64,000 nucleotides of DNA from Candidatus Poribacteria bacterium (lineage in GTDB: Bacteria; Poribacteria; WGA-4E; WGA-3G): NCBI GenBank assembly GCA_965197475.1, contig CBDANF010000002.1:1056001-1120000 (forward strand), in the 5' to 3' direction. The translations under genes were made by a program, and so were the position numbers. The notes beneath the pieces were generated by a model, which worked only from the letters and a program-made list of their open reading frames with translations, did not search any database and was not told the DNA's origin. Below are positions 38,441 through 48,638 of this stretch, piece after piece (position 1 is the stretch's first letter; each line of letters opens with the position of its first letter).

Positions 38441-40144
38441 ATGAGATTTACATGTATTTTAATCGGCATCTTGTGCCTTCTATGCCTTTTTAACCATGGA
38501 AACACCACCCTGGATGCACAGCAAACAACATCCATCCAGATCGAACAACCATATCTTGACCCAAATTGGCGGCCGGAAGCGGGCTACTCACTGACTTTTG
38601 AGATAAGAGTCACCGTGCCTGCTGATTTCTCCAGTGGGACGCTGATCGCAGAACTCCAGAATGTGACTCATTATGCAGGTAAAAGTGGAAATGTGACTGA
38701 CCCAGATGACAGAGTCGTGGACGGAGAGATTTCCGCAGCCGCAGATCTAAGACTATCTCAAACTACGGGTTGGTCGGGGAGCGAAAGTCAGCTCAGCCAC
38801 ACCCTCAGCGGAACGACAACGACGCAGACGATGACTCTGCAAGTTGACTGTGAAGACTACGCTGCCTATGGCGAATTAGTATTGACTGCATCCGGATCCG
38901 ACGGCGCATCCACCCCGGTTACCTACACATCCAACACGGTTACCGTAAAAATACCCAGAGATGAAAACGGCAATAAAATTGCCGATGGCTGGCAAAACGA
39001 CGGAGCCAAGAACTACGGACACGATGACGATAATGATAGCGGGCCAGCTTCCAATTCCAATGACGGTGATGGCATCACCGTCATTGATGAATACAGAGGA
39101 CTTACTCTCAACGGCACATGGACAGCTACCGATCCCAATGGGTGGGATATTTTTGTCCAACTTAGTTCTACTCTCACTGATCCCACTGATCCCACTGATC
39201 CCACTGACACCGGATATAGCACCGATAAAGCAGATGCTTTACCCATGACCGTCCATGATGTGTCGCCAATGCTGGTAGATTGCCTCGAAGGGGCTGTCTA
39301 TTCTTCTGGAATCGGAAGTCACGAGGTTTGCGCCATTAGACTTATTGCATACTCCGGAGAGGATTTTGGAGGTTGTGATTCTGCTACTTCAGCAGGATGT
39401 ATGTATGGGGGACCTCCCAGCATTTACTCAACTGGGTACATCAACCTAAATGTAATACAAAGGGGGATTAAATCCTATAGCGACGACATGGGTATAACTA
39501 TCAATAAAACCGATTATGTAAATGCTGTCATTGCACATGAAATCGGGCACGCTGTTAATCTTGGCCACTGTCCGAATATTGACTGTCCAGACTGTTTTGT
39601 GTGGGGATTAAATGATTGGCCTTCGCAATATGTAACGCAATTTGCTGCGCATCATGATTCAGACTACGATTTAGTACCCAACCCCGGCGGATATCATCCT
39701 CGACAGACTGAATATGGTGGCACACTTCCCGATAGAGGATATAGTAGTGAAAGAGGAGTACATATCCGACAAATCGAAGATATTAATGGGGACGGTGTTA
39801 TCAATATTTTGGACCTAAACGCAGTTGCATCAAAATATAATACTAATTTGTTCGACAAAGATTACAACATTCTTATGGATGTCAACAATGACGAAAGCAT
39901 TAATATTTTAGATTTGGTGCAGGTTGCATCGGCATTTGGTACAGCTTCCGAATTTCCACATCTACCTGAAGACGTTAATGATGACCGTGTTGTCAATATT
40001 TTGGACCTAATCATCGTTGCGTCAAACTTCGGCGAGAGCGGGACACATGTTGGAGATATTAACTGTGACGGCACCGTTGATATTTTAGATTTGGTGCGGG
40101 TCACAGCGGTATTTGGGAGTACGGTTCTCGCCCCTGAAGAATAG
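38441..40144 (+). CDS. Secreted zinc-metallopeptidase-like protein with C-terminal dockerin-type EF-hand repeats
   Basis: Signal peptide; HEIGHAVNLGH; four DxNxDxxxxILDL repeats; 9-bp TDP tandem repeat near 39174-39207. Confidence 0.78.
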   Translation: MRFTCILIGILCLLCLFNHGNTTLDAQQTTSIQIEQPYLDPNWRPEAGYSLTFEIRVTVPADFSSGTLIAELQNVTHYAGKSGNVTDPDDRVVDGEISAAADLRLSQTTGWSGSESQLSHTLSGTTTTQTMTLQVDCEDYAAYGELVLTASGSDGASTPVTYTSNTVTVKIPRDENGNKIADGWQNDGAKNYGHDDDNDSGPASNSNDGDGITVIDEYRGLTLNGTWTATDPNGWDIFVQLSSTLTDPTDPTDPTDTGYSTDKADALPMTVHDVSPMLVDCLEGAVYSSGIGSHEVCAIRLIAYSGEDFGGCDSATSAGCMYGGPPSIYSTGYINLNVIQRGIKSYSDDMGITINKTDYVNAVIAHEIGHAVNLGHCPNIDCPDCFVWGLNDWPSQYVTQFAAHHDSDYDLVPNPGGYHPRQTEYGGTLPDRGYSSERGVHIRQIEDINGDGVINILDLNAVASKYNTNLFDKDYNILMDVNNDESINILDLVQVASAFGTASEFPHLPEDVNDDRVVNILDLIIVASNFGESGTHVGDINCDGTVDILDLVRVTAVFGSTVLAPEE

Positions 40145-40163
40145 CTGCGCAATCTATACTGTG

Positions 40164-40663
40164 TTGTCTGAATCTCGGATTGTACGGATTTCACGGAGGA
40201 CGCGGATTTTCTCAATTGCGATGTATACCTATCAGGACGGACGCATTCCCCCTTGATAAGGGGGTTAAAAAGTCGCTATTTCAGTGATTTAACCCCCTCC
40301 CCCACACGCTATTCGCTATGGGGACCCTTCCTTGTTATCAAGGGGACTTTAAGAGGAAGTGCGTAAGTTCTACCTATAATCCGCGAAATCTGCGTCATCC
40401 GTGAAAATCCGCGATTCAGACAAGACAAGGTGCGGCGAATCAACGCCAAATGCGCTTATGGCATTTGGCGGGTTTCGCTATCGCTCTACCCGACCTACAG
40501 GTAGTTTATGTAGAAACGTGAAAAAATATAGCAGAAAAATCGAAAATTAAATAGCCCTATGTGGCAGCTGAAAATACTTGACATAACAAAGTCAAAAATC
40601 CGCGAAATCCGATTAATCCGCGATTCAGACAACGGTAGGTGCGGTTAGGAAACCGCACCTACC
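40164..40663. repeat. Intergenic repeat cluster (AATCCG..GATTCAGACAA units, GTAG REP hairpins)
   Basis: Units recur at ~2995-3029, 40164-40209 (inverted), 40378-40423 and 40597-40632; GTAGGTGCGGTT..AACCGCACCTA also at ~62167. Confidence 0.7.
40233..40372. mobile_element. MITE family B (non-autonomous partner of the IS701 element)
   Basis: Ends CAGGACGGACGCA/TGCGTAAGTTCTA resemble the IS701 TIR; 5-bp direct repeat CCTAT at 40228-40232 and 40373-40377. Confidence 0.8.
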
Positions 40664-40715
40664 GTGCGCGGTGAGCGTTCTGTACTTTCTTATGAGTAAA
40701 AGGAGATGGACGACC

Positions 40716-42821
40716 ATGAAGACCAAATTATTTTTGATTTTAGTGATTTTGTTTACAATACTTATATTTACTCTAAACACCTTTGCCCAAGATTCCCTGC
40801 AATGGCATCTACCCGAAGGTGCGAAAATGCGCCTCGGTAAAGGACAGATACATGAGATAGCATACTCTCCAGATGGCACGCGTTTTGCGGTAGGAAGTTC
40901 TATCGGAACTTGGCTCTACGATGCGGAAACTGGTGAGGAACTTGACCTACTCACGGTGCATACGGTTGCTGTCAGAAGCGTGGCGTTCAGTCCGGATGGA
41001 AAAAAAATCGCAAGTGGCAGTGAGGCTGGCACAATCCATCTGTGGGATGCCGACACAGGACAACTTCTCCGCGCACTTATAGGGCATACGAAAGGTGTTA
41101 TTAGTATAGCGTTCAGCCCGAATGGAAAAAAAATCGCAAGTAGCAGTTGGGACGATACAATCCGTCTGTGGGATACCGACGCAGGCACACCCCTTCACAC
41201 ACTCACAGGGCATATAGGTGTTGCAGGGCATATAGGTGCGGTCCGTAGCATAGCGTTCAGCCCGGATGGAAAAAAAATCGCAAGTGGCAGCACGGACAGA
41301 ACCATCCGTCTGTGGGATGTTAATACGGGACAACTTCTTCACACACTCATAGAGCATACGAATTATGTTGTTAGTGTAGCGTTCAGCCCGGATGGGAAAA
41401 CACTCGCAAGTGGCAGTTGGGACAGAACCATCCGTCTGTGGGATACCGATACAGGCACACTTCTCCGCACAATCACAATCACAGAGCGTATATGGGGGAT
41501 TTCACACGTCATATTTAGTCCGGATGGCAAGACAATCGCAGGTGGCATCACGGACAAAACCATCCGTCTGTGGGATGTTGATACGGGACAACTTCTCCAC
41601 ACACTCATAGGGCATACGAAAAGTGTTATTAGTGTAGCATTCAGCCCGGATGGGAAAACACTCGCAAGTGGCAGTTGGGACAGAACCATCCGTCTGTGGG
41701 ATACCGATACAGGAGAACCCCTCCGCACACTCACTTTGCCTTTGCATTTGTTTTTTGCCTCTACTAACGCTGTGTTCAGTCCGGATGGGAAAACACTCGC
41801 AAGTGGCAGCACGGACAAAACCATCCATCTGTGGGATGCCGACACAGGACAACTTCTCCGTACGCTCACAGGACATACGTTTTCGGTCCGCAGCATAGCG
41901 TTCAGTCCGGATGGAAAAAAACTCGTAAGTGGCGGTGAGCGCATTATCCGTCTGTGGGATATCGACACAGGCACACCCCTCCGCACACTCACAGGACACG
42001 CGTTTTCGGTCCGTAGCGTAGCATTCAGTCCAGATGGAAAAAAAATCGCAAGTGGCAGTACGGACAGAACCATCCGTCTGTGGGATGCGGACACAGGCAC
42101 ACCCCTCCGCACGCTCATAGGACATACGAATATTATCAATAGTGTAGTGTTCAGCCCGGATGGCAAGACAATCGCAAGTGGCAGTGATGATGGCACTATT
42201 CGTTTGTGGGATGCCGACACAGGCACACCCCTCCACACAATCACAGTGGAAAACCGTTTTATTAATAGTATCGCGTTCAGTCCAGATGGGAAAAAGATCG
42301 TAAGTAACGGTCGTATCCGCACTATCCATCTGTGGGATGCCGACACAGGCACATCCCTTCAAACAATCATACTGTCTCGAGTTCACACAGTTGGTTCGAT
42401 CAATATCAAGAGTGTCGCATTTAGCCCGGATGGCAGGACAATCGCAAGTGGTACTGGTTTCAATTATGGCGGTAGACAGGGAGACAACACTATTCATCTA
42501 TGGGATGCCGATACTGGAGAACATTTACGCACCTTCACAAGGCATGCATATCTTGTGGAGCACGTAACGTTTAGTCCGGATGGAAGCACGCTCGCAAGTG
42601 TAAGTGGGGATGGTACGGTGCTCCTGTGGGATATTGCACCTTCACAACTGTCCGAAGATATTAATGGGGACGGTGTTGTGAATATTCAAGATTTAGTTGC
42701 TGTGGCACAGGCTTTTGGCGAAGCGGAACCCGATCTCAACGGTGATGGTGTTGTGAATATTCAGGACTTGATCATTGTGGCATCGGCATTTGGGATGACG
42801 GTTGCCGCCCCTGAAGAATAG
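40716..42821 (+). CDS. Secreted WD40-repeat protein (14 repeats) with C-terminal dockerin-like domain
   Basis: Signal peptide ending TFA; 14 SPDG/SPNG repeats; EDINGDGVVNIQDL and DLNGDGVVNIQDL. Confidence 0.9.
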   Translation: MKTKLFLILVILFTILIFTLNTFAQDSLQWHLPEGAKMRLGKGQIHEIAYSPDGTRFAVGSSIGTWLYDAETGEELDLLTVHTVAVRSVAFSPDGKKIASGSEAGTIHLWDADTGQLLRALIGHTKGVISIAFSPNGKKIASSSWDDTIRLWDTDAGTPLHTLTGHIGVAGHIGAVRSIAFSPDGKKIASGSTDRTIRLWDVNTGQLLHTLIEHTNYVVSVAFSPDGKTLASGSWDRTIRLWDTDTGTLLRTITITERIWGISHVIFSPDGKTIAGGITDKTIRLWDVDTGQLLHTLIGHTKSVISVAFSPDGKTLASGSWDRTIRLWDTDTGEPLRTLTLPLHLFFASTNAVFSPDGKTLASGSTDKTIHLWDADTGQLLRTLTGHTFSVRSIAFSPDGKKLVSGGERIIRLWDIDTGTPLRTLTGHAFSVRSVAFSPDGKKIASGSTDRTIRLWDADTGTPLRTLIGHTNIINSVVFSPDGKTIASGSDDGTIRLWDADTGTPLHTITVENRFINSIAFSPDGKKIVSNGRIRTIHLWDADTGTSLQTIILSRVHTVGSINIKSVAFSPDGRTIASGTGFNYGGRQGDNTIHLWDADTGEHLRTFTRHAYLVEHVTFSPDGSTLASVSGDGTVLLWDIAPSQLSEDINGDGVVNIQDLVAVAQAFGEAEPDLNGDGVVNIQDLIIVASAFGMTVAAPEE

Positions 42822-42875
42822 CTGCGCAATCTATACGCTGTGTTTACAAGGACGAGTGTAAACCCGATAATCAAT

Positions 42876-43868
42876 CTATTTGTCAAGCCAGCTCATCATA
42901 CTCCGCAGATTTTTTCCAACTTCTTCAATTTGCAATTCTGCCTCTTGTCGGCGGAGCGCGCGCAGCACAGCCTGATTTGCTTGATTTTCAAGCACCCATT
43001 CTCGTGCAAAAATACCACCCTGCACGTCTTTTAAGATCTGACGCATCTTTTCCCGAACGCTATCGTCAATGAGTTGAGGACCACGCGTGAGGTCGCCATA
43101 TTCAGCGGTATTACTGACATCATTCCGCATCTTGCTCAATCCACCGGTATAGATTAGGTCAACAATCAGTTTCAATTCGTGTAGGCATTCAAAGTATGCC
43201 ATTTCAGGTTGATAACCCGCTTCAACGAGTGTATCAAAAGCGGCTTTAATGAGGGCAGCGGTGCCACCACATAGCACGGCTTGTTCACCAAAAAGGTCGG
43301 TTTCGGTTTCTTCACGAAATGTAGTTTCGATGACCCCAGCGCGTGTGCCGCCAATGCCTCTTGCATAAGCGAGTGCAATGTCGCGAGCGGCACCGGTTGT
43401 ATCTTGATGGATAGCGATGAGACACGGCACGCCACCGCCGCCTTCAAATACTTCGCGGACGAGGGAACCGGGACCCTTTGGCGCAATCATAGTGACATCA
43501 ATATCGTTGGCAGGCACAATCTGTCCGAAATGAACGCTGAACCCGTGCGATACCATCAGCATGTTTCCCGCCTGCATATTCGGTGCGATCTGCTCACGGT
43601 ATATGTCAGAATGTTTTTCATCAGGGATAAGAATCTGGACAATATCCGCCATCGCAGACGCTTCTTCAACTGTTTTGACGGTTATGCCTTCTGCTTCTGC
43701 GCGTGCTATTGAGCGACTGCCTTCGTATAAGCCAACAACAACGTCCGCGCCGCTGTCTTGAAGGTTGAGTACTTGTGCTCTACCTTGTGCACCATAACCG
43801 ATAATGGCGACGGTGCGTTCTTTCAGTAAATCAAAATTGGCATCGCTATCGTAATAAATTGTTGCCAT
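42876..43868 (-). CDS. ilvC: Ketol-acid reductoisomerase
   Basis: [38 protein letters not shown]. Confidence 0.97.
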   Translation of the reverse strand: MATIYYDSDANFDLLKERTVAIIGYGAQGRAQVLNLQDSGADVVVGLYEGSRSIARAEAEGITVKTVEEASAMADIVQILIPDEKHSDIYREQIAPNMQAGNMLMVSHGFSVHFGQIVPANDIDVTMIAPKGPGSLVREVFEGGGGVPCLIAIHQDTTGAARDIALAYARGIGGTRAGVIETTFREETETDLFGEQAVLCGGTAALIKAAFDTLVEAGYQPEMAYFECLHELKLIVDLIYTGGLSKMRNDVSNTAEYGDLTRGPQLIDDSVREKMRQILKDVQGGIFAREWVLENQANQAVLRALRRQEAELQIEEVGKNLRSMMSWLDK

Positions 43869-43914
43869 AAAGTTGGTCCTCTCTATTGTATCTCTAATGT
43901 GCTTTCAACAAATA

Positions 43915-44412
43915 CTATTTTGTAGCACCTCGCATCATCGCTACTTTGCCAGTGCGCGCTAACTCAAGGATACCGTACGTGTTGAAAATATCAATCGCCG
44001 CTTTCAACTTACCTTCATCACCTGTGATTTCAAGGACAAGGGAGGCAGGCTTCATATCAATAACCCGTCCTCGGAATACCTCCGCGACTTGTAGAATTTC
44101 GGTGCGTTTTTGAGGATCGTCGGTAGCAACCTTGATGAGAACAAGTTCACGTTCAACATGCGTTCCGGTGGAAAGGTCTGTAACCTCAATAACGTCAATC
44201 AACCTATTCAGATGCTGATAGATCTGATCAATTATTTGCGCATCCCCATGTGTAACAAGAGTCATGTGTGAGATACTCTTATCGTGGGTTTCAGCGACGT
44301 TGAGACTGTCAATATTAAAACCGCGCCCGCTGAAAAGTCCTGCGACGCGTGCAAGGACACCAAAACGGTTTTCGACCAAAACTGAAAAAATGTGCCGTTC
44401 TTCTGTACTCAT
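43915..44412 (-). CDS. ilvN: Acetolactate synthase small subunit
   Basis: SVLVENRFGVLARVAGLFSGRGFNIDSL, ERELVLIKV, ELARTG. Confidence 0.96.
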   Translation of the reverse strand: MSTEERHIFSVLVENRFGVLARVAGLFSGRGFNIDSLNVAETHDKSISHMTLVTHGDAQIIDQIYQHLNRLIDVIEVTDLSTGTHVERELVLIKVATDDPQKRTEILQVAEVFRGRVIDMKPASLVLEITGDEGKLKAAIDIFNTYGILELARTGKVAMMRGATK

Positions 44413-44541
44413 ATTTTCGTGGTATAAACTTTTGTACCGATAGCCAAAAAGGCAAATCGGTTTTTTGAATGTGAGAGGGAAAACTATTACCCTTCAGGAA
44501 CAACAAAAGAGTTTGTTTTCATACCTCTCACAGAAAATAAT

Positions 44542-46218
44542 TTAGGACAGTCCGCGGATAACATCTCCAAGCCCTTTCCCCGCAGGCACCATCGGAAACA
44601 CGTTCTCCTCTTCATCAACAATGAAGTCAATGACGACAGGACCGTCGTTAATTCCTTTTGCTTTCAGTAATGCGGGTTCGACATCTTCAGGGTGTTCAAC
44701 CCGAAGGCCGGTTGCACCGAATGCTTGTGCAAGCAAGGCGAAATCGGGGTTGTCATGGTAATCCACAGCGGAATAGCGTTTATTGTAGAACAGCTCCTGC
44801 CATTGCCGCACCATCCCTAAATACATATTGTTGATGATGAATATCTTAAGTGGTAACTTCATGGTAATTGCAGGCACCAATTCCTGAATGGTCATAATAT
44901 AGGAGCCATCGCCGTTGATATTGACAACGGTTTTGTCCGGGCATCCGAGTTGTGCGCCGATTGCAGCTGGAAGGCTGAAACCCATCGTACCGAGACCGCC
45001 TGAGTTGAGCCACTGTCGAGGTTCGGTAAATTTGAAATACTGTGCTGCCCACATCTGATGTTGCCCGACATCCGCTACAACAATCGCATCACTATAATGT
45101 TCATAAATCTGCTCTATGACATATTGCGGCATTACCTTATTGCCTTTTTGCTCGTATTCAAACGGATATTTCTGTTTCCATTCCTGAATTTGATTACGCC
45201 ACGGGTCAATATCTGCCGTATCAACCAACTTGTTTAATTCGGTAAGGACGTTTTTTGCATCGCCAACAATTGGAACATCTACTGGTACATTTTTCCCGAT
45301 ACAGGACGCATCAATATCAATGTGTATTTTTTTTGCGTTCGGTGCGAATTTATCAAGTTCACCGGTAACCCTGTCATCAAATCTTGCACCAATAGCGACA
45401 ACAAGATCAGCATCAGTGAAAGCATAATTCGCGCAGCAAGAACCGTGCATTCCGGGCATCTCCATCGCCAACGGATGCGTTTCGGGAAACGTGCCAAGTC
45501 CCATCAATGTGACGGTAATAGGTATACGTGTTTTGAGGGTTAACTCTCTGAGTTCCTCGCTTGCATTGGCAAGTACAACCCCACCGCCAGCATAAAGCAT
45601 CGGACATTTTGCTTCCTTAATCAACGCTGCGGCTTTGGCAATTTGTGCCGGATCACCATGCACTTGCGGTTTATAACTGCGAATATCGACTGTTTCAGGA
45701 TATTTAAACAGAGTCTCGTTATTCTGAGCATCTTTAGCAATGTCAATAATTACGGGACCTGGTTTCCCTGTACTCGCAATGTGGAATGCTTCTGCAACAA
45801 CATCGGCTACCTCATCACAACTTTTAATAAGGTAACTGTGTTTACAAATCGGGCGGGTTACGCCGATAACATCACATTCTTGAAAGGCATCGCTTCCAAT
45901 CCAATGGGTAAACACCTGCCCGGTAATCGCTACCATCGGAATTGAATCCATATAGGCAGTTGCGATTCCAGTCACAAGGTTAGTTGCGCCAGGACCGGAG
46001 GTAGCGAGTACAACCCCGACCTTCCCCGTGGCGCGAGCATATCCATCAGCAGCGTGAGAGGCTCCCTGCTCATGCCGCATCGGAATCAAATTCACTTCTG
46101 TTTCGTCGTACAGGGCATTAAAAATCGGCATTGCCGCGCCACCGTTAACACCGAAGATATATTCGACACCTTCACGTTTGAGACTATTAACCAGGATTCT
46201 CGCTCCTGAAAGTTCCAT
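44542..46218 (-). CDS. ilvB: Acetolactate synthase large subunit
   Basis: RHEQGA, TSGPGATN, DVGQHQMW, GLGTMGF, GDGS...NN, MVRQWQ. Confidence 0.96.
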   Translation of the reverse strand: MELSGARILVNSLKREGVEYIFGVNGGAAMPIFNALYDETEVNLIPMRHEQGASHAADGYARATGKVGVVLATSGPGATNLVTGIATAYMDSIPMVAITGQVFTHWIGSDAFQECDVIGVTRPICKHSYLIKSCDEVADVVAEAFHIASTGKPGPVIIDIAKDAQNNETLFKYPETVDIRSYKPQVHGDPAQIAKAAALIKEAKCPMLYAGGGVVLANASEELRELTLKTRIPITVTLMGLGTFPETHPLAMEMPGMHGSCCANYAFTDADLVVAIGARFDDRVTGELDKFAPNAKKIHIDIDASCIGKNVPVDVPIVGDAKNVLTELNKLVDTADIDPWRNQIQEWKQKYPFEYEQKGNKVMPQYVIEQIYEHYSDAIVVADVGQHQMWAAQYFKFTEPRQWLNSGGLGTMGFSLPAAIGAQLGCPDKTVVNINGDGSYIMTIQELVPAITMKLPLKIFIINNMYLGMVRQWQELFYNKRYSAVDYHDNPDFALLAQAFGATGLRVEHPEDVEPALLKAKGINDGPVVIDFIVDEEENVFPMVPAGKGLGDVIRGLS

Positions 46219-46277
46219 GCCAATTTCCTCACAAACGGTAGTAGGCACATTCCGTTGTGCCTAAACTTGTTGAAAGT

Positions 46278-46608
46278 AAAAAACCCTCTCGTTCCAACTT
46301 TGGAGACGAGAAGGATTTGCTTACTATAGCACGTTTCGGCTTGCAATCATGCCGAAACCGACCTTACCGTGGTACCACTCCAATTCTCTCCCTCGTTTTC
46401 AGGAAATAAGGTTTAAAAACTCCCCGAAACAAGGAAAAGCACTCTTTGGGATGCGCTAACGGACATCACACCGACTAACCCTACTATATGTTCAGATTAG
46501 CAGCTCCGGGGCGACCTTCAGTCGTAGGAACTTGAGGCGACCTCTCAGCCTATGAGTCACCTTCTCTTGCAAGCCCGGAGGACCTACTCCTCCCCTTCAA
46601 CGCTTTTT
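46278..46608 (-). promoter_or_regulatory. T-box riboswitch (probable Val specifier GUC) with terminator
   Basis: Stem I with AGUA, AGAGA, GCUGAGA, GAAG-GUC-G (codon at 46513-46515); CCGUUA motif; T-box AAUUGGAGUGGUACCACG (46368-46385); terminator hairpin plus U6 at 46278-46315. Confidence 0.9.
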
Positions 46609-46688
46609 TGTAATCTATTTAATTTTATTATACACGCCGTTTTTGTTAACTACACGGGTGTTTCTGAAATCCTTTATTTTACGCTTTA

Positions 46689-46717
46689 ATTATAACACAT
46701 CTAAATGAAAATGTCAA
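46689..46717 (-). promoter_or_regulatory. Consensus sigma70 promoter for the ilv leader
   Basis: TTGACA-17-TATAAT. Confidence 0.8.
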
Positions 46718-46916
46718 GAAAAAGGAGTACTTGCTCAGAGCCATTCAATTCTCCGGTAGTTGCTACCTTCTGATCACGGTCTTTCCACTGTAGGAGCGAC
46801 CTCCCGGTCGCGATTTAACCATCAAAATGCACAAAAACCGAAACAGAAAACCAATTGACGTAATTATTTACTTGTGCTATGTTTTAAACAGATTTTCTGT
46901 GCATGCGGAGGCAGAT

Positions 46917-47948
46917 ATGAAAGCAGCCCAATTTTACGGTGGGAAAGATATCAGGGTTGAAACGGTACCCGACCCAACACCTGAAGCAGGACAAGTACTT
47001 GTGAAAGTAGAAGCTGCTGGCATCTGTGGCAGCGATCTGCACGGATATCACCGTCAGCCGGACAAACCTTTGTCACCGCGCATCGGTGGACATGAATTAG
47101 CAGGGCAAATCGTTGACATAGGAGAAGATGTTACCGAACATAAAGTAGGGGAGCGTGTCGCAATTGAACCGATTGTCCCGTGTAACACTTGTCCAGAATG
47201 TTTAAACGGGTACTACAATATTTGTTCTAACTTGCGGCACCGTGGCGGCGGGTTTGCAGAGTATACGGTTGCACCCACATCAAATGCTTATTCCATTCCC
47301 GATAGTGTTTCCGTTGAGGGCGGTGCGTTGGCAGAGGTATATGCAGTTGCGGTGCATGCTGTCAATAGAGCGATGGTATCCCCTGGGGACCACGTTGCAA
47401 TTATTGGAAGCGGTCCTGTTGGCTTAACGATTGCACAGGTAGCGGATATTGCAGGGGCAACGTCCATCGCAGTTTTAGGGAAACCGGATGTCCCTATACA
47501 GATTGCACACAAAGCCGTAGGTGCTGTGCCTATAAATGTGGATAAAACTGATACTGTGGCAGCTATTATGGATTGGAGCAACGGGCGCGGGGCTGATGTT
47601 GTTTTTGAAGCAGTCGGCGGCAAGGCAAATACATTGGAGCAGGCTACGCAGATCGCCGCAAAAAGAGGACGCGTCTGCATGGTAGGTGGGCATGGTGCAC
47701 CCCTCACCTTTTCAGAAAGGTTTGCTCGAAGTCGAGAACTTACCATCATCTGGTCATTCTGTTACGGCAGGCGCGGCGGTAAAACCGAGTTCCAAATCGC
47801 TATTGATCTGCTTGCTGCTGGCAAACTTGATCCAAGTCCATTGGTTACACACCGATTCAACTTAGACAAGATTACGCAAGCCTTTGCCGTTGCAGCGGGA
47901 CGTGATGAACACGGGTCTGTCAAAGTTCTTGTAATGCCTAATAATTAA
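46917..47948 (+). CDS. Zinc-dependent alcohol/polyol dehydrogenase (MDR family)
   Basis: GICGSDLH, GHE, C..C..C......C, GSGPVG. Confidence 0.9.
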   Translation: MKAAQFYGGKDIRVETVPDPTPEAGQVLVKVEAAGICGSDLHGYHRQPDKPLSPRIGGHELAGQIVDIGEDVTEHKVGERVAIEPIVPCNTCPECLNGYYNICSNLRHRGGGFAEYTVAPTSNAYSIPDSVSVEGGALAEVYAVAVHAVNRAMVSPGDHVAIIGSGPVGLTIAQVADIAGATSIAVLGKPDVPIQIAHKAVGAVPINVDKTDTVAAIMDWSNGRGADVVFEAVGGKANTLEQATQIAAKRGRVCMVGGHGAPLTFSERFARSRELTIIWSFCYGRRGGKTEFQIAIDLLAAGKLDPSPLVTHRFNLDKITQAFAVAAGRDEHGSVKVLVMPNN

Positions 47949-47958
47949 CGGAGGTAAA

Positions 47959-48597
47959 ATGGAAAATCTTAAATCACTTATTTTTGTCGGAACAGAAGGT
48001 CGTTATCACGACCATGTAGGAAACGGACAGTACTTAACAACTATGCTTAATGATACCGATAACATAGAAGCCGATTTCTCACGAGACTACGATGTGCTGG
48101 TCTCCGATGGGCTTGACACATATCAAACTGTGCTTTTCTATACCGATGTTGGTAAATTTACAGCCGCACAGGAGGCAGGTTTGTTGAACTATATCCGATC
48201 AGGTGGGGGATTTTTTGGTCTGCACACCGCAGCTGCTTCCTTCAGGGAATCTGCGCCATATCACGACATGCTTAACGGATTTTTCAACGGACATAGCCCT
48301 TATATGGACTTCACTGTTAATGTGAACGACTCTGGACATCCAATCACAAAAGGGTTAACCGATTTTGAGGTGAAAGATGAACTCTACTATCTAAAACATA
48401 ACCCTGACACTTCACACCATCTAATGCAAGCGTATGACAACACGAAGGACGAAACACACGTCATGGCTTTCCACCATACGTACGGCGAGGGCAGAGTCTT
48501 CTATTTCGCGTTAGGACATGATATGGTTGTGCTTGAAAATCCAAGTTTTCAGGAAGTTATACGCAGGGGCGTTCTGTGGGTAGGAAATCAGATTTAA
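47959..48597 (+). CDS. ThuA-like domain protein
   Basis: GGGFFGLH, HPITKGL, DELY, YGEGRVFYFALGHD. Confidence 0.85.
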   Translation: MENLKSLIFVGTEGRYHDHVGNGQYLTTMLNDTDNIEADFSRDYDVLVSDGLDTYQTVLFYTDVGKFTAAQEAGLLNYIRSGGGFFGLHTAAASFRESAPYHDMLNGFFNGHSPYMDFTVNVNDSGHPITKGLTDFEVKDELYYLKHNPDTSHHLMQAYDNTKDETHVMAFHHTYGEGRVFYFALGHDMVVLENPSFQEVIRRGVLWVGNQI

Positions 48598-48638
48598 AAT
48601 GGAAAGGACAACACTATAAATAAAGACTATATTTTCAA

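Noticed and set aside
40916-42497. Long antisense ORFs (up to ~330 aa) opposite the WD40 gene
   Set aside because: Shadow frames of a repetitive coding sequence; no independent motifs or RBS.
40850-42635. Possible CRISPR array or DGR template/variable repeat
   Set aside because: Repeats are in-frame WD40 units. No cas or reverse transcriptase gene is present, and variation is not obviously adenine-restricted.
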